This document shows, one piece after another, positions 11,601 through 21,977 of a stretch of 64,000 nt of DNA; the stretch's first letter is position 1, and each line of letters starts with the position of its first letter. The notes under the pieces are model-generated. The model ran no database searches. It worked only from the letters and a program-made list of their open reading frames with translations, and was not told where the DNA came from. Origin of the DNA: Eledone cirrhosa (lineage: Eukaryota); assembly GCA_964016885.1 (NCBI GenBank), contig CAXHJY010000704.1, positions 20,892 to 84,891 on the forward strand, in the 5' to 3' direction. The translations under genes were made by a program, and so were the position numbers.

Positions 11601-11914
11601 GACTCGTAAAACCTATCCTTAAGTTCGTCTGGCAGCCCCGATTGGGGTGCGTAAGCTGATATTATTGTGGTAATTGTCTTATTCAGGACTAGTCTGAGTT
11701 TAATGATTCTTGCATTTATCCTGTACACTGAGATTACTTTATCTACCCACTTGTCAGCTAATAGTATACCTACACCACCCATCCCATCGTCATTTCCCAC
11801 CCAGAAAAATTTGTAGCACTGGCTTTTTCCTACAAGGACTCTAGCAGACCCTCCTCTCCATCTAGTCTCTTGCACACAGCATACATCAACTTCCTTTCGC
11901 TCTAGCATTTCTAC
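8628..11914 (-). mobile_element. RTE-clade LINE (subfamily A), slightly 5'-truncated, with an uninterrupted ORF
   Basis: The (CAT)n tail is at 8628-8646 and the ORF at 8930-11908. The element stops just after the first APE motif when compared with the copy at 5146-6258. Confidence 0.96.
8930..11908 (-). CDS. RTE ORF: APE endonuclease, reverse transcriptase and PHD-like Cys/His finger (992 aa)
   Basis: Motifs include VQETRW, SAYAPQ, GDFNGHVG, FVDLEKAFDRV, GVHQGSVLSPLLF, LYADDL and CSVC-x10-CPKC-x4-H-x2-C-x14-CSSC. There are no stops over 992 codons. Confidence 0.92.
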   Translation of the reverse strand: MLERKEVDVCCVQETRWRGGSARVLVGKSQCYKFFWVGNDDGMGGVGILLADKWVDKVISVYRINARIIKLRLVLNKTITTIISAYAPQSGLPDELKDRFYESLIHTTALTDDKDFLIIAGDFNGHVGKHCDGFNRVHGGHGVGTRNEEGFRLLEFCDANDMSICNTNFKKPDNHLITYRSGEHSSQLDFILIRGRDRWTVVNTKAFPSEECTSQHSLVVSDLTVRTRRALKQRPTWRRKIWKLKVPSTSNRFKDILLNAYDSKEEQIETFNVEENWEFLKNNLLEATDEVCGWSKTSSRRRVTWWWNNKVDEAVKAKRQAWKEWKNGGSRVHYIETKREARRQVYLARREAEDRKFKHVLQREDQKQEVFKIARQCVRDSCDVIGEKCIRNDKGELALTSAEKKDAWKSHYDRLLNEENAWEEETLPHVDPIEGPAVQVSGSVVSKAIRDMKIGKATGPSGIAAEMLKASGSVGHTITTRIVNQVILEGAIPKDWCSSIIVNCYKGKGDALDRGNYRGIKLMDQVMKVTERVIAQLIRDRVNIDEMQFGFVPGKGTTDALFLVRQLQEKYLAKSKPLYLAFVDLEKAFDRVPRAVIWWALRKLGVDEWLVKAVQAMYRGAVSKVRIGNEYSEEFSVQVGVHQGSVLSPLLFIIVLQAITEEFKTGCPWELLYADDLALIAESMVELENKFQTWKQGLERKGLKVNMTKTKVLISRRENRTQIPSGKWPCSVCRKGVGRNSILCPKCKQWVHKRCSGISGSLIKNVGFTCSSCAETASKQPQETSTTNLWEGPVETVDSFCYLGDRISNGGGCSESTITRVRTGWKKFRELLPLLAAKGFSLRMKGRLYDACIRTAMLHGSETWALKVEDLRRLERNEACMLRWMCNSNIRERQSIKELRERLSIRGIKCCVQERRLRWYGHVMRMKDDSCIKRCRALEVDGNRGVGRPKMTWDEVIKADLTQLHLSKSMTHDRDFWRHAVIQGTRPPMGTC

Positions 11915-12584
11915 CCTGTCTTTAACCTAATTCATTCAATCTGAAAATATTGAAGAGATAAGACACTTTGCCATTCTTCTCTGCTAAAATGTACCACTAG
12001 AGCTGATTCAAATTTTCCCAGCCAGCCATCCACCTAATCTACGAAGGTATTTTAGCCTACATATTGTCGTTAATATTATGATGTTCCCTGCTGTATTAGC
12101 GTTAAATTTTCCCTGCTGTATTAGCGATAAATTTTCGAGGGTTTCTCTTAGTAGCTTTTTCATGTCGTTAATATTATGATGTTCCCTGCTGTATTAGCGT
12201 TAAATTTTCCCTGCTGTATTAGCGATAAATTTTCGAGGGTTTCTCTTAGTAGCTTTTTCATGTCGTTAATATTATGATGTTCCCTGCTGTATTAGCGTTA
12301 AATTTTCCCTGCTGTATTAGCGATACATTTTCGAGGGTTTCTCTTAGTAGCTTTTTTCATGACGTTATTATTGTTAATTTTACTGATGTAGTATTAACTT
12401 ATTAACTTGGATATTTACCATGCGGTATTCTAATCCTATTGTATCTCTCTCAGTTATTTACCATGCGACCCTCAGTTCCTACCCCCCCCCCCCTCTATGC
12501 ACTTCTTTAAGGCTTACTACCCTGTCTTTAACCTAATTCATTCAATCTGAAAATATTGAAGAGATAAGACACTTTGCCATTCTT
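11911..12584. repeat. 68-bp direct repeat (11911-11978, 12517-12584) enclosing a 3-copy 98-bp tandem array (12066-12363)
   Basis: The sequence ctaccctgtctttaacc...ccattctt occurs twice, 606 bp apart. The unit gtcgttaatattatgatgttccctgctg...gctttttcat starts at 12066, 12164 and 12262. Confidence 0.9.
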
Positions 12585-12826
12585 TTAAATATGTTAATTA
12601 TCTTTTAAATATGTTAATTATTTTCAACTGAACCAGATCAATTATATATAGTCATCTGATCCAGAAATATTATATGGAGTAGCGAAACAATTGTAAACGG
12701 ACATTGTTATTATTAATATTATTATTATTATTATTCTCTACATACCTTACATCAAACTAAAATATGTTGACAATCTTTTAATAATGCCTTCCTTGTGAAA
12801 TTTGTGGTCTTGTTTTGCTTAACTAA

Positions 12827-12870
<44 letters not shown>

Positions 12871-13112
12871 TACACACCTCTTCTTTATATTCTTATATCT
12901 ACAGGTTTCTGCCTTCTCTATTTTCAGAATTTGCTGTAGTCTATGTTTTATACATTTTATACATTATACAGTTTGCAATACAATATAGTATTAATTCAAT
13001 AAAATGCAAAAGAGAATTAGTGGTAAAACAAAAAAATACAAAACTACACAGAAAGCATTAGTCAAAAGGTTAACAGATTTTTCTGTAACTTTACCATCTC
13101 ATATCAACTTAC

Positions 13113-13196
13113 CAGTAATGTGCTGTACTTTCTTCAGGTTATAACCACCAATTCCAATCAATTTATTCCGGTTTGCAATTGGCACTTCCAATTTTT
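13113..13196 (-). CDS. PNPT1: Internal exon of PNPase encoding the start of the KH domain
   Basis: The minus strand reads actttcag|AA AAA TTG...ATT ACT G|gtaagt, an 84-nt exon in phase 1/1. It translates as (E)KLEVPIANRNKLIGIGGYNLKKVQHIT(G), with the KH GxxG motif, and matches the recalled PNPT1 segment [29 protein letters not shown]. Confidence 0.92.
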
Positions 13197-13914
13197 CTGA
13201 AAGTATTTTAAAGAATTATTAAACAGATGGTGATGACAGCTTGAAACACAGAAGGTAATTTCTAAAAGGATTGTTTAAGTATAGGAACCTATAGAGCCTA
13301 TCTCATAGTATTTTAGGTTTCGCCAAAGACACCTGATACTAATATAGGCTTAATGTCTAATGAGGCTAATAAATTGTAAAATTATACGCTACATAAATAC
13401 ACATGTACAAACTTAGATACACATACATGACTGTACACTCTGTACACACATGGCTGCAAATATATTCATACATAAATATGCCGCCTGTGTATATACATGC
13501 AAATATATGGATTGCAATGTTTTAAAAAAGTATACATTTGTATACATTACAAAATGCTTGTATGTAAATGTACACACAAAGACATGTAGATACAAATACA
13601 ATAAAGAATTGAAAGATGTTTAAAAACACATAGAAAGAAACAAAAATTAATTTAAAAAGACATACAATACTATTCATGCATAGTCCTGTAACTCATGAAG
13701 AAAACATAGGAGCGTCGTATTGATATACAGTATTTCTAGGACTTTTTAAACCTGGCTGAGCCCATCTCCTCTCCAGATTTGAATACAGCAGAATTCTTTC
13801 AGAGGAAGAATAGATAGATAGATAGCTCTCTCTCTTTCTCTCTCTATATATATATATATTTCGTTTCTGAATTTGTTTAGCAAGATTCCTTATCTGAAAA
13901 CGTGTGTTGAAACC

Positions 13915-14532
13915 GATATTGTTATACTTTGGGAGGGTCATGTTGCCAATAAGAAACACATGCACCAGTTGTTTTCACTTCAATTTATTATAAATTTCTG
14001 GTTGCTTGGTTGGTTCTATAACTGGATGGTCGTTCATATATTGTCAAAGTTCTTTCGTCACACATTATGTGACATCTCTAGTGAATGGGGATTCCTTTCT
14101 TTATTTTTTATTTTGTGCCTCTCCTTTGTTCTGCCCTACGCCATCTTGTTTGTGTGCTTAGTTTGCACATGTGTTAAATCCAGGTGTCTGTATGTGTTTT
14201 TATTTGTTTATTTACTTGTTTATTTATTTGTTTATTTACATGTTACTAGTTGGTTGTTTGTTCTATGTGTGTGTTTTCATTTTGTCCTTAATTATAAGTT
14301 GTGATGTTGCTATTCCATTCATGTTTTTTATTTAATTTTGATTGGAGTTCATTTATGTTTATTGCCTGTGATTTGTCTAAACATTGCGTCTTTTCTGTGT
14401 GTAGATTCTATTTTTATCTCTATGTTCTCTAATTTGCCCTTATGTTCTATTTTAGCATGTTGGTGGAGTATTGATGAGTCTTTCCTATCTCGGAGTTCTC
14501 GCCAGTGTTCATTTAATCGTTCTCCTATGCTA
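13915..14532 (-). mobile_element. 3' fragment of the Penelope-like family found at 17845-19395
   Basis: It is colinear with and highly similar to about 17845-18455, covering the end of the GIY-YIG ORF, the 3' UTR and a decayed hammerhead at about 14043-14085. Confidence 0.85.
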
Positions 14533-14940
14533 ATACTCTTCTCCTAATACTCAATAGACTATATCAATGCACTTAACTAATGATTGACCTATTGGAACTC
14601 TATAACCAGCAAAACTATTATTTAAAAATAAAGATTCATTTTCATTCATTTCATTTTACGTCCACTTTTCCCTGCTTGCAAGGGTGGGGCGGGAACTGAT
14701 TCTGGCTTGATTTCTACACCTGGATGCCCTTAGATTAAAGATTACATTAAATAATAAAGATTAGATTAAATACAGTAATTTTACCATTAAACATCTCACA
14801 CAAACCCTAAATTTCACATATTCCTCTTCCATCACAAATTCGTATCCTGTTATTAATATGGAGGAGAAATAAAAACAAAAACAACAAAACATATATGAAT
14901 GCGATTTTTTTTACAAATACCATTGAATTACAACAGTATT

Positions 14941-15287
14941 TTATCATCATCATTTGTCTATTTTCCATGCAAGCATGGGTTAGGCAGGTTATCCTGTTTG
15001 AAGTAGGATGGGTCACGTAACTGTGTCTTGCTCATACAGAACTGTTTTTAGCTTTGTGTCTATGGCTGGATGCCCTTCCTAATGCCAACCACATTTACAG
15101 TCTGTGTTGGGTGCTTTTTTTCGTGACACCTACATAACCACTTTACAGTGTGTATTTGTTGTGACACCTACTTGGCCACTTTACAGTGTGGGTTGGGTGC
15201 TTTTCATTGTGACACCTGCACGGCCACTTTACAGTGTGGGCTGGGTGCTTTTTGTTGTGGCACCAAAACGACGACTTTACAGTGTAG
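14941..15287 (-). mobile_element. Non-autonomous RTE-tailed element with an internal 48-bp repeat array
   Basis: It has a (CAT)n tail, the ggatgcccttcctaa motif and about four ccactttacagtgtgg...gtgcttttt units, the same module as the 3' UTR of RTE subfamilies A and B. Confidence 0.75.
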
Positions 15288-15859
15288 TAGAGATAAATAT
15301 TTTTTCAAAAGAATATTGCATGCAACGTTTGTGAATTTTGTTATATTTCACTATTGTAGTTAACCTATTTCTAAGTTTTGTATTGTGAAGTTTTAATGTG
15401 AACAATCACATGCACATATAATCTAACAAGTCAGTCTGTATGGTGTTGTCTAGAAATATTTCTCCACCTCCTTTGAGTTCTTTCTCCCTGATTGGCAACT
15501 ATTCTCAATTATATTAATGGCTATTGCAATGGTATTTCTGTGGTCAAATGTCTTGGCAACTATCACCATTTCTCAAACCAAGAACAATTAACAAACACAT
15601 TGAATATTTTCTCCTCTTGCTGACTTGTAGTTTTCCTTTATGAGTTTTAGTTACAGATTCTAACAGTCTTAAAGTACAGAAATATCTAATCTGTGCCAAA
15701 TATTGCAGAGTAGATGTAACATTACTATTATCAATGACATGGGAGGGGGGAGTCCCATATCACTCATTATCATTGCTTGCATGTAGAGCAAAGAATATAT
15801 ATTCTTTGTAATTAAACATGCTTAGGTATTAGGGATCTATGTCTGTCTGATAAGGAGGA

Positions 15860-16145
15860 TTTATTAATCAGAGTGCTGACTACAAGCAATAGTAGTATTA
15901 ATCCAAGGACTGTAAGTTTATTCTTTATTAATTTATTAATCAGAGTGCTGACTACAAGCAATGGTAGTACTAATCCAAGGACTGTAAGTTCATTTTTTAT
16001 TAATGATGCTAGATTGAATGGTAGTACTAATTCAGGGACTGTAAGTTCATTCTTTATTAGTTTATTAATTAGAGTGCTGGCTTCAAGCAATGGTAGTACT
16101 AATCCAAGGACTATAAATTAATTCTTTATTAATGATGCTAGATTC
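15860..16145. repeat. Irregular tandem repeat of ~55-70 bp units
   Basis: The block aatggtagtactaatccaaggactgtaagtt.att.tttattaat recurs four times with alternating linkers. Confidence 0.8.
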
Positions 16146-16417
16146 AGATATATCATTTTTTCCATCTTAGTTATATTTTCTACTTGGCTGATATATAGTT
16201 AACACCTCTCACTAGCAATATATTTTTATTTTATATTCAAGCAAAGGAAACTCTTTGAAAGCAAAAGCAAAGCTAGGTTCTCATAAATCTAAAAAAAGAC
16301 TAATCTCTTATGTTGCTGCTGTGCTCATAATAAAAGTTATTAATTTTTTGTAAAGTTAATGTGAGGTTATGTGTATGAGTTCATTAAAAAAATGTATAAG
16401 TATTATATGAGTGAAAG

Positions 16418-16740
16418 GGCTTAGTGGTTAGAGCATTGAGCTCGCAATCGTAAGGTTGTAAGTTCGAATGTTGGACCAGGTGGTGCATTGTGTTCTTCAG
16501 CAAAACACTTTATTTCATGTTGCTTCAGTTTAGTCAGCTGTAGAAATGAGTTGTGATGTCACTGGTGCCAAGCTGTATCAAAAATTGCTTTTCCCTTGGA
16601 CAACATCGGTGACATGGAGAGGGGAGACTGGTATGCATGGGCGACTGCTGGTCTTCCACAAACACACCTTGCCCAAGGTTGTGGCCACGGAGGAGAACTT
16701 TCTAGGTGTAAAGTGATAGTCATTCATGGCTGAAAGAGTC
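16418..16740 (+). mobile_element. tRNA-derived SINE with a CORE-like central motif
   Basis: It has an A box (ggcttagtggttaga), a B box (gttcgaat) and the motif ttgtgttcttcagcaaaacactt. Related pieces lie at 24597-24710 (-) and 54570-54810 (+). Confidence 0.7.
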
Positions 16741-17235
16741 CTACGATATGATATCTGTTTGTTTTTCTATCAACTAACTTTATTGTATTTCACTTTAGCA
16801 AAATAAGTATTTTTTTTTTTTTATTTAATAATTGGCTGTAATAGTGTGTGTTTATTTATATGTATGTAGCTTTGTATTTCAGTATCTTTGTTTTTCATGG
16901 TTGATCCTGATTTGGCAGCTGAACTTCATCCCATCTCTTTATCTGTATTCTATAAATATCTTTTCTATGATGATTGTTCTGTTGAACATTCTTCTTTGTT
17001 CTTCCTCTTAAGTTTGCTAATCAAGTGATTAATTCTCATCCTGTCACTGTGGTTGCTCCCTATTGTAAGAAGAATTTCTACTCCACTAGTTTCATTCTAT
17101 GAATGTCTATCTAATGGAACTCTCTTCCTTCTTGTTTCCACAATGGATATGATCTTAATTCTTTTAAATCTTCTGTTGATCATTTTTCTGACTTTAGGGG
17201 CAGTGTCTTATTATCATTATTATTTCTTTCTAGGA

Positions 17236-17428
17236 CGGTGGATTGGCAGTATTGGTAGGGGGTTGGACGCCATGCTTTGACACATAGTTACGACCCTTGC
17301 CATTCTGAGTTCAAATCCCGCCGAGGTTAACTTTGCCTTTCATCCTTACGGGGTTGATAAAATAAAGTACCAGTAATACACTGGGATAATTGCTGGCCTT
17401 GTGCCAAAAGTAGAAACAATTATTATTT
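17236..17428 (+). mobile_element. tRNA-derived SINE with a Meta-like domain (high-copy family)
   Basis: It has tggcagtattggtag, a B box (gagttcaaatcc) and tttgcctttcatccttacggggttgataaaataaagtaccag. Many more copies occur, e.g. 22300-22460 (-), 58268-58455 (+) and 61672-61862 (-). Confidence 0.8.
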
Positions 17429-17740
17429 CTTTTTCTAATGTGACTCTTTATTTCTGTAACTCCCATCAAATTAAGTGGCTGTTTCATGTCTGCTGTATTG
17501 CCACCTTTTAGGTTGTGACTTCAATAAATAAAATAAAAATTGTTGATGTGTTTGCGTTGGATTATTTTGGGGGTTTGTATAAGTGTTTTGGTAGCAAATT
17601 GGTAGAGTTGTTAGAGGGTCAGATAGAATGTTTTCCAGTATTTGTTCCAACTCTAGGTTCAAATTACACTGAAGTCAACTTTGACTTTCATCCATTTAAG
17701 TTTGATAAAAAAGTACTACTCTATTACGATTCTTCCTCTT

Positions 17741-17796
<56 letters not shown>

Positions 17797-17804
17797 GATG
17801 ATGA

Positions 17805-17839
<35 letters not shown>

Positions 17840-17972
17840 GTGTATATATTGTTATACTTTGGGCGGGTCATGTTGCCAATAAGAAACACACGCACCAGTT
17901 GTTTTCACTTCAATTTATTATAAATTTCCGGTTGGTTGGTTGGTTCTATAACGGGATGGTTGTTCATATATT

Positions 17973-18015
17973 GTCAAAGTTCTTTCGTCACACATTCTGT
18001 GACCTCTTCAGTGAC
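17973..18015 (-). ncRNA. Minimal type-I hammerhead in the Penelope 3' region
   Basis: The minus strand reads GTCA-CTGAAGA-G-GTCAC-AGAATGT-GTGAC-GAAA-GAAC-TT-TGAC. Stem I is GTCA/TGAC, stem II is GTCAC/GTGAC, and stem III is very short. Confidence 0.65.
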
Positions 18016-18210
18016 TGGGGATTCTTTTCTTTATTTTTTATTTTGTGCCTCTCCTTTGTTTTTGTGTGTGTTGTGTGCTTAGTTTGCGCATGTGTTACAT
18101 CCGGGTGTCTGTGTGTGTTTTTATTTGTTTAGTTATTTGTTTATTTATTTGTTTATTTACATGTTACTAGTTGGTTGTTTGTTCTATGTGTGTGTGTTTT
18201 CATTTTGTCC

Positions 18211-19389
18211 TTAATTATAAGTTGTGATGTTGCTATTCCATTCATGTTTTCTATTTAATTTTGGTTGGAGTTCATTTATGTTTATTGCCTCTGTGATTTG
18301 TCTAAACATTGCGTCTTTTCTGTGTGTAGATTCTATTTTTATCTCTATGTTCTCTAATTTACCCTTATGTTCTATTTTAGCATGTTGGTGGAGTACAGAT
18401 GATTCTTTTCTATCTTGAAGCTCTTGCCAGTGTTCATTTATCCATTCTCCTATACTACGAGCTGTCTCACCTATGTACACTATATTCTTATCTGTACATT
18501 GTCCTTCAGTACATCTTATGCTATATACTACATTTCTAGTTTTACAGTTAATATGGGGGCTTAGTTTACAGATTATACATTTCTTATCTATACAGGGAGG
18601 TCTTTGAAAAGGGTATGTATTGCTAATAAGTGTTTTTATGGAGGTACCTGGTCTTTCTACTATTTTAATATTGAGTTTATGTTTATCTAGGGCCCTTCTA
18701 AATTTGTAAGCTAATTCACCTCTAGGAGTTGTATTGATGAACATTACACTCTGGTATTTATTGCTATAATACCATGAGTTTATTCTATTAACCTTATTCC
18801 TAGTTCTTTCTATTCTATTCCAAAATTTGCTCCTATACAAGGGGCAGGTCCCATTTGTATCATTATTTCCCATTTTTTCCCATTTTTTTCTGGCTCCTCT
18901 ATATACTCTATATACTCTGATGTTATCTCTCTGATTGTAACCAGAGAACTGCATATGGTGGATGAAGTGTTGTATGTGTATCTCTAGTTCTTTGGGGTTG
19001 CACATGCGGGACACGTTTCTCATCACCCATACCAAATCCGCAATCAGTATGTTGATTTTGGTGTGGTCCGAAACAGCTGAGTTTCGGTGGATCAGATATT
19101 TGGAAGACATGGGTTTGGCATAATGGGAATGGAGGATTTGTTTTTTGTTATGAATGGTTTCTAACCAGAGCTCTGTGTCTAGTACAGGTAATCGATGGTT
19201 GGGGTGTTTGCTTTGGTAGTCTATAGTAACTCTAATACTCTGGTGGATGGAGTTAGCTATTTGCTGGATGCTTTCCATGGTGTTTTTCTCTAATTCCTGA
19301 CTGTTCTCTAGTGGGGGTGTTTTTACTACGATGTTTATATCATCAACGTAGCGGGAGTACATTATCAGGGATAAGAGGTTGCTGCTCAA
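18211..19389 (-). pseudogene. Penelope-like RT C-terminus plus GIY-YIG endonuclease fragment (392 aa)
   Basis: It has YVDD, VVY/YIG and the conserved R..TEA...LN motif. The RT N-terminus is missing. Confidence 0.88.
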
Positions 19390-20299
19390 ATTCAGAAATG
19401 AAATATATATATATATATATATATATAAAGAGAATTAAGTCAAATTTTTTTGTCAGTCCACCTTTTCTAGAATTTTAAGAAAAGCAAATGTAAGAACACA
19501 CTTCTATGGGAACACATGCATTCTGAACCATGAGCCCTCATACAGCATATTAGTACTTTCTCTCTATGATCACAAATCTTCTTACTGACAATATTAATGA
19601 ACAGATCAGATACTTTAATCAATAGTATATATGTAGATTCAGTAAATTTTGAAATTTCAGTTATTTTTCTTTGTACTTCTTCATTTTAAACCATCTCCCA
19701 TAGCTCTCAATCATGAAAGGAAAAACAGCAATATGAAGTCAACATTGAAACATAATTACTTTAAAAGAAACTGGAAAAAAGTTGACAAAGATAACTTTCA
19801 GACTCTTCAGAAATTGATTGGAAGCAATATTCTACATATTAAACTACAAAATATTGATTTATCTTTCAATAATTTATAAGATACTATCAATCATCATCTT
19901 AGACTATGTGTAAATTTATATATATTTTTAAATGGAAACAATGACCTAAGCAAAGATATTGAAACTGATATTAATTTTTTTTTTCCAATTTCTTATTGAA
20001 AAGAGGTAGATACAACTGCCATAACCTTTGAAGGCCACCTCATGAGTAATGAGATTAATGTGGCTGATGTTCAGTAAGAACTTTTGTAGAGAAATTTCAG
20101 CAGAAAGGGATTCCAAAGAGCTCTAGCTCAGGGAAGGAATAATTTGGCAGGATTTCAAACATGTTAGACATATAATGAGGATGAATGGATGAGTGGAGGG
20201 TGCACTGTATGGCTTTGAAGGAGGTAAATATAAAATTTGCTATTTTAGAGGAGCAAACGCCAATAAAGTAGTTAACTAGAAAAAAAAAATAGTACCACA

Positions 20300-20540
20300 G
20301 CTTGCAATGCAGAGAGCAGGAAGACAAACAAATACTGGAGCTTGTCCAGCCAATTCCTCTTTGCACCAGTCACCATTGAGACCTCAGGCATCCTCGGACC
20401 CTGTACAGCTGACCTCCTCGATAAAGTCAAATTGATAAAAACCCATCTGAGGAAGGAGCCCCACAAGGTGGCATGGCTGTTGCAGCGTGTCGCTGGCCAT
20501 TGTCCGCAGAAATGCTTTTTCCATTTTGTCTAGAGTGCGC
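20300..20540 (+). mobile_element. Decayed 3' fragment of a CRE-like (restriction-like endonuclease) retrotransposon
   Basis: The translation FAPVTIETSGILGP...EPHKVAWLLQRV is homologous to ORF 47504-47740. Confidence 0.65.
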
Positions 20541-21466
20541 AGCTGAAACCACACTCTCACATTGGTGTAGAATCTGTCATCCTCTCCCCTTCCCTATTTT
20601 TTTTCTTCCTTTGTCTAGTAGTCCTTGCTCTTCCCCTACTTTTCCTCTCATTTATGGCATTTATACTCCTTTCCAATGCTGCTTTCTTTTTCTATATTTT
20701 TAACCAAATAAAGTGAATGAGGTTCAAAGAAAAACATGTCTTTGAACCAGTGTGTTGGTGAGTTTTTGCAAATGTGTTGGCTGTCCTGTTTCTTGAATGA
20801 GGTCAAAGATGTTTGCTTGTGTAGCAGCAGTAAAACTCAGAGACATAAATATTACTTTATTATGGATTACATTGAAATTTGGCAATATTATATATGTGAG
20901 GTCACTATGACAATGTCAGAGATTGTATGACATTAGATGTTGATTTTGAGGGATTTAGTGATATAATTCCTACTGTGAGTGTTTGGGTTTGATGTATATG
21001 GAAATTATTGGCTTCTAAATGTAATTAATATTAGAAACTCGCAAGATAGTATATAATCTTATAGATATCTGATAACGAAAGGATTTCTACAGTGCCAGAC
21101 ACTGATAATTTCTTTATTCTGTTAGCGGGTATCATGGTTGGATTTTCTTCTTATGTGTCTGTATACAATATCTAATATATAACTAATCCATTTCTTGATA
21201 TAAATACACAGTACACAGGTAAGCAATACAAGTATCACAATTAGATATGTATGCATACATTCAGACAAGTATATGCTGAAGATATAAAATATCTTCTTCT
21301 TCTTCTCCCACTTATTCCTGAGATTGTCATGGGGACATATCCTCAAACACTCCTTCCAGCAGATCCTGTCAGAAGCAACCATCTCCAACTGATCCAGCTG
21401 GATCCTCAAGCAAAACCAAGCTTATGGATGTTATCCAACCATCCTGGATCTCCTGTTGGCTGGTTT

Positions 21467-21508
<42 letters not shown>

Positions 21509-21977
21509 AACTAGAAGTCGATGGAAACCGCGGAGTGGGGAGACCCAAGATGACCTGGGATGAGGTGATAAAAGCCGACCTTACCCAATTACACCTCTCG
21601 AAGGCGATGACACACGACCGTGACCACTGGCGTCACGCAGTAATACAGAATACCCGCCCTCCCATGGGTACAAGCTGAAGCATATAGACAATATGCCCCC
21701 ACACCCTCCCACTGCAAGGTGGTCGTGGAGGTGCCACGGCAAAAAAGCACCCAGCCCACACTGTAAAGTAGACGTGTAGGCGCCACGAAAAAGCACCCAG
21801 CACTCACTGTAAATGAGGTTGGTGTTAGGAAGGGCATCCAGCTGTAGAAATCAAGCCAAATCAGTTCCTGTATGAGCAAGGTATGGTCAGCCGACCAGAC
21901 ACTGCCCACAACAGGACAACCCGTCTAACCCATGCTAGCGTGGAAGAACGGACGTAAAACGGTGATGATGATGATGA
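21509..21977 (+). mobile_element. 5'-truncated RTE subfamily A copy adjoining (TA)n
   Basis: It closely matches 621-1085 and has a (GAT)n tail. Confidence 0.92.

Larger units (their letters stand above)
7250..12830 (+). mobile_element. 5'-truncated Penelope-like element (Naiad-like) with inverted terminal pLTR segments, interrupted by an RTE
   Basis: The GIY-YIG ORF is at 7377-8231. Segment 7250-7404 is the reverse complement of about 12679-12830, the inverted-pLTR arrangement typical of PLE insertions. Hammerhead half-motifs lie at 8610-8627 and 12651-12702. Confidence 0.75.
17845..19395 (-). mobile_element. 5'-truncated Penelope-like element (Neptune-like) between (TA)n tracts
   Basis: ORF 18211-19389 contains RYVDDI (RT), LPVLD, the linker CIDKKCIIC and the GIY-YIG motifs NVVYSIRC...YIGETARS...INEH. 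The 3' UTR contains a hammerhead. Confidence 0.9.

Noticed and set aside
9060-11609. Antisense ORFs overlapping RTE copies (e.g. 9060-9506, 9546-10175, 213-659)
   Set aside because: They are shadow frames of the RTE ORF with no independent motifs.
13882-13926. Plus-strand hammerhead-like string tatCTGAAAAcgtgtgttGAAAccgatattgttata
   Set aside because: The core lacks G8 and stems II and III are poor, so it is likely chance.
16418-16490. tRNA gene
   Set aside because: A and B boxes are present, but there is no full cloverleaf and the sequence continues into a SINE body.
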